DNA from: Callorhinchus milii
Lineage: Eukaryota
Direction of reading: 5' to 3'
DNA: 64,000 nt
Assembly (NCBI RefSeq): GCF_018977255.1
Contig: NW_024704743.1
Coordinates: 50,656,001-50,720,000, forward strand
Part shown: positions 10,590 to 21,938 of the stretch, in pieces
How the letters are laid out: each line of letters starts with the position of its first letter
Numbering within the stretch: position 1 is the first letter of the stretch
The notes under the pieces: generated by a model
Databases searched by the model: none
What the model was told of the DNA's origin: nothing
What the model saw: the letters and a program-made list of their open reading frames with translations, nothing else
Position numbers and translations under genes: made by a program

Positions 10590-11165
10590 GTCAAAATTAA
10601 CCCTCTGTGGCAGTTTCAGTAGTACAGTTCCTGAGCCAGGCGGGTTCACAGTACTCCAGGTGATGACAGGTCAACCTGGCTCATTGGCATAACTTGGAAG
10701 GGCAGACCAGTCACTGGGGACAGGAATTCTTACGACTGAAATCCTGCAAACCCAACCTCTAAAGGGTAGCGTGCTGCTGGCTGGACAAGCAGCAAGAAGC
10801 TTTCCAGGCAGTGCACTCAATGATAAGCTATGTGGTTTCACTGATTAAACTCCAACAGTACTCTAACACACACTCTGGGGACCCCAAGCCTTGGCTCTCA
10901 CCAACCTGTGCCTGATACCTTAAAGCAATCCGAGATGCTACCCTGTGTGAAGTTCGCTGTAGAAATGCCACTTGTTGTCATAATGCTTTCCCGAATGAGG
11001 TCAACAGGGTGATTCCCTCCACATAGAGAGTGTACATGTTCCATTGCAGACACCAGGGACATTTCCCTGTGTAGGTGGCATCCATATGTGGAACTCTTAG
11101 TCTGGATTGGATACTCTTAATCATGGTTTCTGCATGTGTTAGAAACCCAGCTAATCCAAAAAAAT
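10590..11165 (+). repeat. Unassigned interspersed repeat family X (longest copy)
   Basis: Colinear similarity to copies at 29.2, 30.6, 32.1, 34.8, 38.3, 39.2 and 41.3 kb. Confidence 0.8.
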
Positions 11166-11529
11166 CGGATCCCAAACTTTCTGACTCAGAAGGCAGAGTG
11201 CTATTACCGGAACCCTGGTATATCCTGTACCACAACCCATGATATATTCTATATAACAACATTTGAGGATCACCAGCCACCAACACTTGCTTCCTTAAAA
11301 GAATGTATTTCACTGAGACATACCTCCCCCTTTAACCAGTAAGGCAATTGTTCTTTTTAATTGATTATCTTTCCGCTGTGATCTTGGAAAATTTTAGTTC
11401 AAGTGCCCCGGAACACCACCCCATGTGCAGGGTGCTATATAATAAATACAAATTGTTGTTGCAAAATTTTCAATCAAAGGAACGTAATAACAATGAAAAT
11501 AAAACATGGTTACTCCAATGAGGGTACTT

Positions 11530-11830
11530 AGCGAGTAGCCGTGCTATGAATACCAGGAAATTCTTAGGTTCAAACTCTGGTCTGTGCTGAGTTTGCAGAT
11601 TTTAGCCAGAGTACCACTAAGGGTGCTACAAATGACCCCAGTAAGCATGTTAGGGAGGGTCAAATCAGCAAGGACACTTGTTCTTGATCAGAGCGCACCA
11701 CATACCCATGTGTGGACATCAAGTAAGGACAAGATCAGACTTGGTTATGATGCTTACCATAGTCTAATAGCCTGTTAACAATCACTGTTAAAGCTTTAGC
11801 ATGAATAATGACCATTTGGACAACTGGAGC
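11530..11830 (+). mobile_element. SINE-like repeat (family B)
   Basis: B-box-like GGTTCAAACTC then TGGTCTGTGCTGAGTT; body GTGTGGACATCAAGTAAGGACAAGATCAG; recurs at 19.4-19.7, 33.66-33.86, 34.66-34.76 and 60.56-60.76 kb. Confidence 0.65.
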
Positions 11831-12472
11831 ATATCGTTACCCCAGCAGCAAGGTGGGGGAGGAATCAAACACCTTCTTCAGACAAGATGAGAAAATAGGC
11901 AAGAAAAAAAGTTGTTTCACTGGTCCTTGGAGGTCAGTCATTGTACAAAAATAATATTTCACTCTAGCCAGCTGTGGCTCTGTTTACACATGAGGTTCCC
12001 ATTTTCTATACAGTATGGATGGAGTATACTGTGTTTTAGTTTGCTAGATATGGAAAATATTTCATGAGGGAAAAGAACGTCACAAAGCACAGTGTTATAT
12101 CAACTAAAAAGTCATATTCTGTTTTTATGATGTCTTTCACTTCTGTGGGAAGCTATAAATCATTTGGGTGTCATTTGTTTTCATAAAGCATCTGAAAATA
12201 ATCAATCATTTAATAGATATTATTCCATGAATTGAAACAACAAAAGCGTAAGGTCAAGCTTTGCAAAATGCATTGTAAAAGTATTATGCAGCATTTTCTT
12301 TTGCGAATGACAGAAGGGTATTGAGTTTAGTTGTTCAGGATGTCCTGTGTCTCCAGGTTTTGTAACATATAATCATAGTAATCTGCTCTTTTGTGTGTTT
12401 AGCATGAGAGATGTAAAGTCAACCTGACATTTTCAGAACTCTCTGCATGTGTTTTATAGTCATCTGTCTCCG

Positions 12473-12486
12473 GTTGCTTTGGCAAC
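12473..12486. promoter_or_regulatory. Candidate RFX X-box (GTTGCTTTGGCAAC)
   Basis: Near-palindromic match to the GTTRC-N-GGYAAC consensus within unique sequence. Confidence 0.35.
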
Positions 12487-13439
12487 GCTTGAGAAATTTA
12501 GTCTGGCAAAAACGTTAATGAATTCAAATATGAAGTTCTCAATCTAGCAAAATCAATATTTGATCAAACAGTTGGAGTTCGTCTCAGATGTGTTCACAAT
12601 AGAAATCACACACAGCAGTTAGAGAATTATTCATCATTGACAACATATGAAGAGCAAATTATATGTTAAAGGGTATCTTGTTTTGTTTTGTGCACAAACA
12701 GATGGAGAAATACCCATCTTTTTCAGAGCTACCAATTTGGTTCTGTATAACTGGGGCAGGGAAGAAAGAGGAAGTGAAAGGTCTCAGCTTTGCATTCCCT
12801 TACTTGCAAACTGACCCTAAATAGCCCATTGAATAACATTTCTATCTTTCTGTCTGAGAGTTCATCTGATTCCAGGTGACTGTGGTTCATATTTGAAGTG
12901 TGGGCACTGGGATTCAATTGCAAGGCCATGTGTTATTAAACCAGTGAGATATAAATTTACACAGTCGTCTCCTGTGTGCGATGTATTCTGCAGTTTCGTG
13001 TTATGATCCTCGGGCACCAGGTCAAACTTTGCTTCAATTTTACCTAACATTTTAGCTTGTGTCATTTTACTGTTGTCACAATACAGTATATTAAATGCAG
13101 AATGTATCAGAATTTATACTGGGATCATGGGTTTGTTAAAACGGTCACCGGTAAGCTTCTAACAAGCTGATCTTGTGTCTGTCAGGTGCAGGCTGTATAG
13201 TTGTTCAGTTAATGTTATAACCCAGAGAGTGATTGAAATGTGGAATTCACTGCCACAAGCCATAGTTGGAGCAAAGTCCATAAATTCTTTCAAACGGAAA
13301 TTAGATATATTTAATTCCCTTTGCCAAAGATGGTGATATCATTGCAACTCATTTTTTATGATAAAACAGAAGGCAATTTAACATCTTAGATATCTTAGAC
13401 AAATGGACTAATACAATGCAAGTCTATTAGTTTGTGAGA

Positions 13440-14432
13440 CACAATGCGCAATTGGCATGTTTTCGCCCACAAAATGTACAGTCAATTCACTTTACAGTAT
13501 ATTCTGTGAAGTGTTTTGAGACGTCTCGAAGACGTGATAAGGCACTATATCAAATGCATGAATTATTAATATTATGATTTTTTTAAGGTATTTTTTATTT
13601 TTGAAATTTTTAATAAAATAATAATCCTTGCATTTGATATAGCATCATATCACGAGATGTATCAAAGCACTTTACAGGATATACCATAAACTGATGTGAC
13701 CATGTGTATTATGTGGGTGACACATATTTATTAAATATGGTTTAATATTTAATATGCTACCCCACGTGAAGGGCACTATATAAATATATATACAAATGTA
13801 ATCTTGTTGTTGTGAATGCAAATTGTTGTAAATGTTTCCTACAAATACCAAAAAATTCTAACCGTGTAATAATTATGTTAACAATGAAGATAAAAGACAT
13901 TGAAGATTCCCTGTAGATATGTGGGAGAAAATATGGCATTATAATAATAATCCTTGCATTTGATATAGCGCCTTATTACTTCTAGACATCTCAAAGCGCT
14001 TCACAGAATATACCTTAAATTGAATTGGCTGTGTAGTTTGTGCGCAAAACACAGCAACCAACTTCACACAGCAGTGTCCCACAAACAGTCGTGGATTGAG
14101 TGACCACATTTTTTTTGAATGACATGAAAAGCATTCAAATTGGCTGCTACGTTCATCTACAAATGCATAGTTATGGCATTTTATAGTAAAAAAGTGCTTT
14201 ACAATGTGATGAAGCACTGCGTGAAATGGTACAATTATTAATATCATACCTCAAAAAAATAATAAATTGGTCACTTCAATCCACAACTGTTTATGGAACA
14301 CTGCTGTGCGCAATTTCGCCCACAAAATATGCAGTCAATTCACTTTACATTATATTCTATGAAGTGCTTTGAAACGTCTAGAAGATATGAAAAGCACTAT
14401 ATCAAATGCAAGGATTATTATTAGTAGTAGTA
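13440..14432. mobile_element. Cluster of four truncated SINE 3' halves in alternating orientation (+13440-13575, -13617-13720, -13940-14137, +14250-14432)
   Basis: Each carries the GAGACGTCT..AAGACGTGA..AGCACTATATCAAATGCA tail or its reverse complement. Confidence 0.85.
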
Positions 14433-14464
14433 TCAGCATAAGAAGCTATCATTTGTATTGGAAA

Positions 14465-14856
14465 TAATAATAATATTACTAATAATACTCATTGCATTTG
14501 ATATTACGCCTTATCACGTCTTCGAGATGTCTCAAAGTGCTCCACTGAATATACTGTAAAGTGAATGGATGAATGTTTGCGGGTGAAACACGGCAGCCAA
14601 TTGCGCACAGCAGTGTCCCACAAACAGTTATCGATTGAGTCACCAAATTATTATTATAATTTTTTTCTTGAAGGGATTATTAAGACCGGAAATGCGATCC
14701 GCCAATTGATTAACAACCAGATGCCTACTTACTGCTAGGTAAACAGAGGCATGTGGAGTAAGGAAATTTGCTCAATGTTTCATCCTGCCCAGAAATCGAA
14801 TCCAGGTCTCTCGCTTGCGAGGTGAGTACTCTAACCACTGAGCTACAGGCCTCCAC
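14465..14856 (-). mobile_element. Full-length tRNA-Ala-headed SINE (family A, long form)
   Basis: Head GTGGAGGCCTGTAGCTCAGTGG (A box), anticodon-like loop CTCGCAA, GGATTCGATTTC (B box); central CTCTGTTTACCTAGCAGTAAGTAGG; Deu-like GCTGTGCGCAATTGGCTGCC; L2-like tail. Confidence 0.9.
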
Positions 14857-15906
14857 AATGTGAATAGTACAATGCGAAGGAACTTTACCATGTTTCCAAT
14901 GTAACAGAGAGATTGGGGATGACTTGAGTGGAATGGAGGTTCTGCAACAATGCCAAGCAGTGTTCATTCAATTTTCAACAAATAATTGAGGTGGTGTGTA
15001 AACAAAAGTTTTCTTGAACAAAAAGTAAGTTTGAGAGCGATTTGTAGAAAAGAAGTTTGCAATGATGGTTACCCTAAAGGATGTAGTAGCTAGACCAGCT
15101 ATGCAACATTATGTGATGTCTTGAATTAACAGAGACACTGCAAAGATTAAGACACAATGAAAAACGAAAGCAGGAAAGGTATTTGGTGGAATCAAGGGAA
15201 GTGCATGCTATTCAAACTGGGATAGAATTCACTGCAAGTGAGTAAGAATGAACAGAGGAGACATTGCCAGTAATAGGGCTTTCAAAAAGGTACAACATGG
15301 AGTTCAGAACAGTAAATCTCTGGTGCTTTAGTGTTTGGCATAGGAAGACACTCAATCATTTAAAATGAAGCTACCCAAAGGATAAGGAGACAAAAAAGGG
15401 CTAAAAAGGAACATTGTGTAAAAAGAAGAAAAATGGTGAATCCATGTGATACTCTATAGAGCTAGTTCAGATTGGGATTGTGTATGTTAGCAACACATTG
15501 GGACCCAAAGCTCCAAGGTTAGTCCAGTCAAGCAGTGTTGCTCACAAAGTATTTTTGTTCTTAAAGTGATAAGTAAAACGATCTTTCATTGGTCCTAATT
15601 TTGTAATTGGACAGTTATTAGGACTGTTCGTCACATTTTCAAGCCTTTTCAGTATTTTATGTATGTATTTTAATGCAATATTATTTTAACTATGCAAATT
15701 TGAAAGGGGCATATAAACAGATAGAGATCCAGTGGGATTTCAGAACATGAGGGAGTAGCAAAATTCCACCTGGCTGCAGGCATCATGACCTTTCCAAATC
15801 TATTACACTTCAATTGATTCAAATAAGAGGGGAAAAAATACAAGCATGAGCAACCCAAACCAATGCCTCAAAGGCACTAAAAAGAAATTTTGTTTAGAAA
15901 AAACAT

Positions 15907-15976
15907 AAATATATTTTCATATCAAATAATATTTCATGTCAAATAATATTTCAGATCAAATTATGTTCCATGTAAA
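15907..15976. repeat. ~17 bp tandem repeat (AAATAATATTTCATGTC), about 4 degenerate units
   Basis: Directly visible. Confidence 0.75.
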
Positions 15977-17294
15977 ACTATAAACAGGATGTTACAAACA
16001 CATGACTACATTGTAGTGTATTGGGATTGAGGGCAGATCAAGTTAAGTGAAGTCCTTCCATCATCGGTCCCAAAACACTAAGGTGAAGTTACATTTTTTG
16101 TAACATATCCAGTTTATTGTTTTATGCAGAGTACAAAAATCCATATAATGAGGTGCTAAAACTTACGTGGACCTGCTCAGCTCAACCTCTGCTGGCAGCA
16201 ACAATATATGTCAGTGGAGACCCAAGATTATTTATACCATTATTCTAAAACTGACCCTAGTGAATTGCAGGTACATGTATAATTTCAAGTTACCATGTTT
16301 TTAATCATTACATGTATCCAATAGTCTGGTCAGGATGTTAAATTGTGTTTAAATCCCTCAAACTGTTTCCGTCTCCCACTTAATAATGCCCTGGATGGTA
16401 ACACTTAACACTATGCTCACAGTTGCCAAGGTTTACATAAAGGGTACCATAGCTATGTAAAGCATGCTGAAGTTTGATTATTTAGGCTGTTAACATTTGT
16501 CAAATTACAAACTTTCTTAACTGGCTCAGCAGTAAAGTAGGAATGTGGTCTCTGCTAGCAAATAAAGAACTTCTTTAGTGTAAAACAAGAAGTTACATGT
16601 TGCACATAAAATGCAATCAGAAGAATACAAAATGATTAAGAATAAGGAACTTTAACTAACTTAGCAGTAAAAATCGACCCGCAGCTCTCAATTAACTAGT
16701 AAAGGACTCAGAGCTCAAGTTCACCATTCAAATATAATCTGTAAAATACACCCTGATAGCACCACTCCCATTCTCTTTCCCTTCTTTTCCCAGTGATCAC
16801 ATTGTTAATCACTGCACGGTGACAATGGATCAGGTTAAACAGGTAACAGGGTAGCATTGTCTATCCACTCAGCATGAGAAGTGACATGTTGGGGAAAAAA
16901 ACAGAAATCATATAACGGAGCAAACAAAAATAAACAATGACATTATTTGGGGGGAAAAAAGCCATTGCAAAGAAAAAGAAACCTAAAATGACTGCAAACA
17001 AAGAGCAACACACCTCATGTAGTTTTATGATTTATGCATAAACTACAAGAGAAAAATTTCAATTTCAACTACATTTTCCCTTTAAAAAGAAACAAAAGAT
17101 GCTATCCTGGTGGCTCAGTTGGCAAAAGCATCACCTCCTTTTATACTGATCACACTAAAGGAAAACTCAATTATTCTGGAGGATACTTAGCCAGATCACC
17201 AGGAAAAACTCCTTCGCTTTTGAATCCTAATATTTTAAATGAGATTGAAAACGTCAACTCAAATCAATACTTAGGATGCAACAAGACAGCAGAA

Positions 17295-17575
17295 GAAGAG
17301 GATATAGGTTCAGAGTTGTGAAGGGCAATTTCAGGGCAGGCACCAGGAAGTTTTTCTTTACACATAGGGTAATCAAGAAGGGACGAGCTGATGGGACTCC
17401 AGAATGGAGTTCCAGGAAGTGGTGGTAGATATTTTGAAAGCCAGACCGCCAATGGTGGAGCGGGCGATATGAAGCAGGTGGAGGGAATGGCTCGGTTGGC
17501 AGGGTTTGAGGAAGTCACAGAGGATAAGATTGGATAGGTTGAAGGACCTTCTTCATTCAAGCCAATCTTATAATC
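17295..17575 (+). mobile_element. Decayed CR1 3' end
   Basis: CAGGAAGTTTTTCTTTACACATAGGGTAATC and terminal GGATAGGTTGAAGGACCTTCTTC resemble a CR1 ORF2 end and tail. Confidence 0.5.
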
Positions 17576-18109
17576 TTGCCCAGACTATGAACTAAGGTCT
17601 TGACTTCGGGCTTAAGGTAAAATTTCTTCAGTCTTGTTCAGATTAGTCTTGTTGCCCTAAGCCTATAAACACAATATGCTACAAATACAGTGATGGCAGT
17701 ATGTCAGCTCATGTATCAATTTCATATCAATTTCAGGGGGCGACTCAGGAATGAAATACATCAATGGGCAGACGGCTATTTGTTCTATAAAATCTGGGGC
17801 ATTTTTCCAAATGGTCCCCTAAATGTTGCAGGATATGAACTGCAACATTTTCTGGGTGTATGCTCATTGATGTTTATATAGTCCCCCATATGCCAAAACC
17901 ACATGTGTACCCCAAATGCCCAAATGCAATGAAATACCCCAAATTGTTGTATCCATTCTTAATTGTTTTACAGGTTTTTTAAATTTAATTTCTAACAGCA
18001 TCCTTCATTTAAAAATGGTTGGCAAGAGCTTCCCCAATGGCTGAGTGGGTACACCTGGAATAATGGAAAATAGTGGGTGTGTGCCACCATGCCCAAGAGA
18101 ACAAATGGC

Positions 18110-18345
18110 ATTATAATCCTTGATTTTGATATATCACCTTATCACATTTTCATGACATCTCAAAGCGCTTCACAGGATATACTGTAAAGTGAATTAACTG
18201 TATATTTTGTGGGCGAAAAGTGGCAGCGAATTGCGCACAGCAATGTTCCACAAACAGTAGTGGATTGAGTGTCCAACTTATTATTTTTTTAAGGGATTAT
18301 TACCCCTGGAAAAGCAGTCCGCCAATGAACTAACTAGTGGCATTT
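18110..18345 (-). mobile_element. Truncated SINE family A
   Basis: Reverse tail plus GAATTGCGCACAGCAATGTTCCACAAACAG. Confidence 0.85.
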
Positions 18346-19721
18346 GTTGCTCTATGTACAAAATTTACAGAAAATCTTTTGTAAATTTAAACCAACAGCA
18401 TTTATCTTCCAGAAATTATATTGGTATTAAAATGCACATACTGTATATAAAACTCATGCATATGGCATTAATGATAGTTACTGTTAACAGTAGTGAGGTT
18501 GTTGCCAGGACTTTAAAATATGTATTTTTTTATGAATGTTAAAACATACAGCAGAAAAGAAAATCACAGCTTATAAAAATAGAAACAGAGAAGAACAGTT
18601 ATTACCGAAGAATTGTTAATAGCACAGAGACAGGAACAAAGTTGGGCTAGAAAAAAATTACTATTATCAGCTTAATGTTGTATAATGCTTGTTGTTGAAA
18701 AATCTCTTCACGAGGAGGTTGTTTTTTACCTCCTTTCCATTGTCAACTGAAAGCCTTTTTATGCACATAAGTTCGCGGCTAATAACAAAACACTACTATT
18801 ATGCATTTGATAATAAGGGATGTTTAATATCAAAAGAAAATATGAAAATTAGACATTTTATCCAATAAATGGATAAGCATATTTAAGGGAAAGTAGCCAA
18901 AGTCTGAACATCATATAGTGTGTGTGAACTGGCGTGTGTATAAGTGGTGTGTCCATTGGGTCTCTCTGTCTGTACAAGTTTTTGTGCCTGTGCATCCCTA
19001 CGTGTGTTTACCCACTTGTAGTTATTACTGTTCAATGTGCTTTTTAAAACTAAAAATGTAACTAAGAAGTACCTAATTCATATTTGGAAGTGTTGATATT
19101 TCTAGTGCTATCCACTTGGATTCTCGTCTCATTATTTGTGGATCATTGCTGAGTCCATCTCAGAGCACCAAGGTGATCTGAAGGAAGATGAAGGAATTGC
19201 TGGAAATAAGGCATAACTTGCACTTAATTTTTAATATTTTTTCTCATTTTGTGAAACATTTTGAGATAGAATCACAGAAATGTACAGAGCAGAAGGAGAC
19301 CATTCAGCCTATTCAGCCTGAGCCGGCTCACAAAGCAATTTCATTCAACTCCATTGCCCTGCCCTATCCCCATACTCCCTCAAGCCTACATCTTTCAAAG
19401 TGATCAGGAACTCTGGTTATTTTTTTTTGTCCAGTTGGCCTGGTTGAGATCACCTAATATAAAGCAGACGAGGAATTAAACCTGGGATTCTTCCAGTCTT
19501 CAGGTTCAAATTGCGGTCTGTGCTGATTTACGCAAATGCACAATTGTTTTCAGGATATTTGGGTTAAGGAAGTGAAAAAAATCCAATGTTCCTGCTCCCG
19601 ATCACAATCCAGAAACCTCTGCTGGAAAATCCTTGCAAGTAGAATTGGGGGCGGAGATCAACAGGCTTGGCTATGATGACCATCAAGGTCAATATTGGCC
19701 GCATGGAAAGGTAATCATCAT

Positions 19722-20065
19722 CATAATAATAATTCTTGCATTTGATACAGTGCTTTTCACATCTTCTAGACATATCAAAGTGCTTCACAGCATATACTGT
19801 AAAGTGAATTGACTGTATATTTGTGGGCGAAACGTGGCAGCCAATTGCACACAGCAGTGTTCCACAAACAATCATGGATTGAGTGGGCAAATTTATTTTT
19901 TGAGGGATTAATATCCCCAGAAAAGCGATCCGCCAATCGACTAACAACCGGGCTCCTACTTACTGCTAGGTAAACAGAGGCGTGTGGAGTAAGGAAACTT
20001 TCCCAACATTTCGCCCTGCCGAGAATCGATCCCAGGTCTCTCGCTTGCGAGGCGAGCGCTCTAAG
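19722..20065 (-). mobile_element. Near full-length SINE family A (long form)
   Basis: Colinear with 14465-14856, including the CTCGCCTCGCAAGCGAG arm and GGGATCGATTCT B box. Confidence 0.9.
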
Positions 20066-20334
20066 CTTCTGGATTCGAGTCTAAGGTATTAGAAAAGAGA
20101 AATGTCACCCTTGAAACTGTAATCCAGTAGAACAATAAAAATCAGATGCCTTCAAGAGAAGAGGATGGAAAGAAAAGTGGACAGAAAAAATGAAGAAAAT
20201 TCATGATAGAGCAGCACAGTGAGTCAATATTTCAACAAATGCTACAAATGTATGGGTGCAGATTCACAGCTTGACCATCAGGGGGAGCTATGGAGTGGAG
20301 GCCAGACATTAATATAATAATAGGCCAGAATATA

Positions 20335-20570
20335 ATAATAATAATCCTTTGGTATTGCGTCTATATTGCACATTGAGAATATCCCAAGGTGTTCACAAAG
20401 TTTCAGTAGAATGCAATGAATGTGTATTAGTAGGCAAATGCAGCAGCCAATTTACGCACATCAATATCCCACATTCAGCCATGAAGCGTATCCGGAGGAT
20501 TGTTGGCCAGAACACTGGGAGAGACTATCTACTCTTTTCAAACACAGGACCTTGCCTCATCTGAAGGATA
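20335..20570 (-). mobile_element. Decayed Deu-SINE
   Basis: GCAGCCAATTTACGCAC...GATTGTTGGCCAGAACACTGGGAGA. Confidence 0.65.
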
Positions 20571-20999
20571 GAAAATTAGAAAGAGGAGAAAAAGAACTTG
20601 TATTTTTATAGTATCTAAATATCTCAAAGTACTTTGCAGTAATTTCTTAGTCATTTTTCACCAACATTATTAGTGCAATTCTATTATATCTATGAATATA
20701 AAAATTACACAAATATTTATGGAACCTTGGGATTTATCTGTTTATATGGGTGGCAAAGTCGATGGAATTATTTTTAATTAAATTGTAATCTTAAAAAGAT
20801 TAAGGATCAGCACTGGGAGCAGGCAATGATATTCCAACCTAACCTACAACAGTACAAACGGCACATCAATGTTTAACAATTCTAAAAAAAATCCCCTTTG
20901 TTACCTATGAGTTTAGGGCAAAGAGTTACAAGTGAATGAAGGAGTAAGATTGTAAATTTACAAGGCAGTAGCTTGATAGCCATGGATTTAAAATCACCC

Positions 21000-21936
21000 C
21001 AAAATTATATATGTTTCAGCTGTTTTATATTGTGACTAAAGTTACTCTAATCCTGAACAACTTGCGCTTATACAAATGCCTTTCATGTCAGATAAAGTCT
21101 CAAGCCACTTCACAAAGACAGAGTAGGATCCCCAAGGAGGGTGGAAGATAGAGGAGGGAAAGGGAAAAAGGGAGAATAAGAAAATAAAGGAAAATCTACA
21201 AAGTTTGTAGGATGAAAGGAGAGGATGACCACTGGCTGAATACAGGACTACAGAAAGAGGCCAAAATGAAGAGACGAGGGAAGTCAAGACGGGAGTGGAA
21301 TCGAACATAGAGGCAACTCTAAAGCACAATGCCCAAACATTCTTTCAATATTATTATAATAAGGAAGACAGTCAGGGAAGAACCCAAAGGGGATTGAAAA
21401 AGAGAATGAACCGGAGATAAGTGAACATGTTAAATGACTATTTCCTAGAGTTTTTTTTACCAAGAAGGGTATTAAAATGATGCCCTTCCACCCCCCACCC
21501 ACCCCCTAACATACAGCAAACTTTGTTTGAGCTTTAGGACTTTGGTATAAAGGAGACTGAGATTGCAGATAGGCTCATGCGACTGAAACCAACCGATCCC
21601 CCAGGACTGATGAACTGTTCCCCAGGGTAAATAGGGAGAAAATGCAAGATATTTAGATATTTGTGAAGCACTGACAGACATTATGAGCGCCACTCACCAC
21701 TAGTGAACTTCCAACAGACTGGAAGCAAGCAAATGTTGTTCCCATTTTCAGCAAAATTGACTGAAGCTTATCTAGCAACAGCAGAACGATTAGCGTCACC
21801 CTGGAAAAAAAACAATGGACTCAATCATCAGAAATAAAATGGAATGTTACCTGTATAAAAATAATCTAATAAATGACAGTCCAGCACAGATTCAGAGTGG
21901 ATAGATCTTGCCTGACCAACCTCAGATGTTCTGAAG
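21000..21936 (+). mobile_element. Old CR1 ORF2 relic, part 1
   Basis: Degenerate motifs P-DWKQANVVPIF (21711-21750), PG-DELFPR, QH-FR--RSCLTNL (21880-21923). Confidence 0.75.
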
Positions 21937-21938
21937 TC

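Noticed and set aside
14780..14856. tRNA-Ala-like sequences (also ~20.0, 35.4, 47.0 and 52.9 kb)
   Set aside because: SINE heads: acceptor stems are incomplete and each continues into the SINE body
17725..17950. Possible palindromic MITE (CAATTTCAGGGG...CCCCAAATTG)
   Set aside because: Terminal match is short, there is no TSD and no second copy in the window
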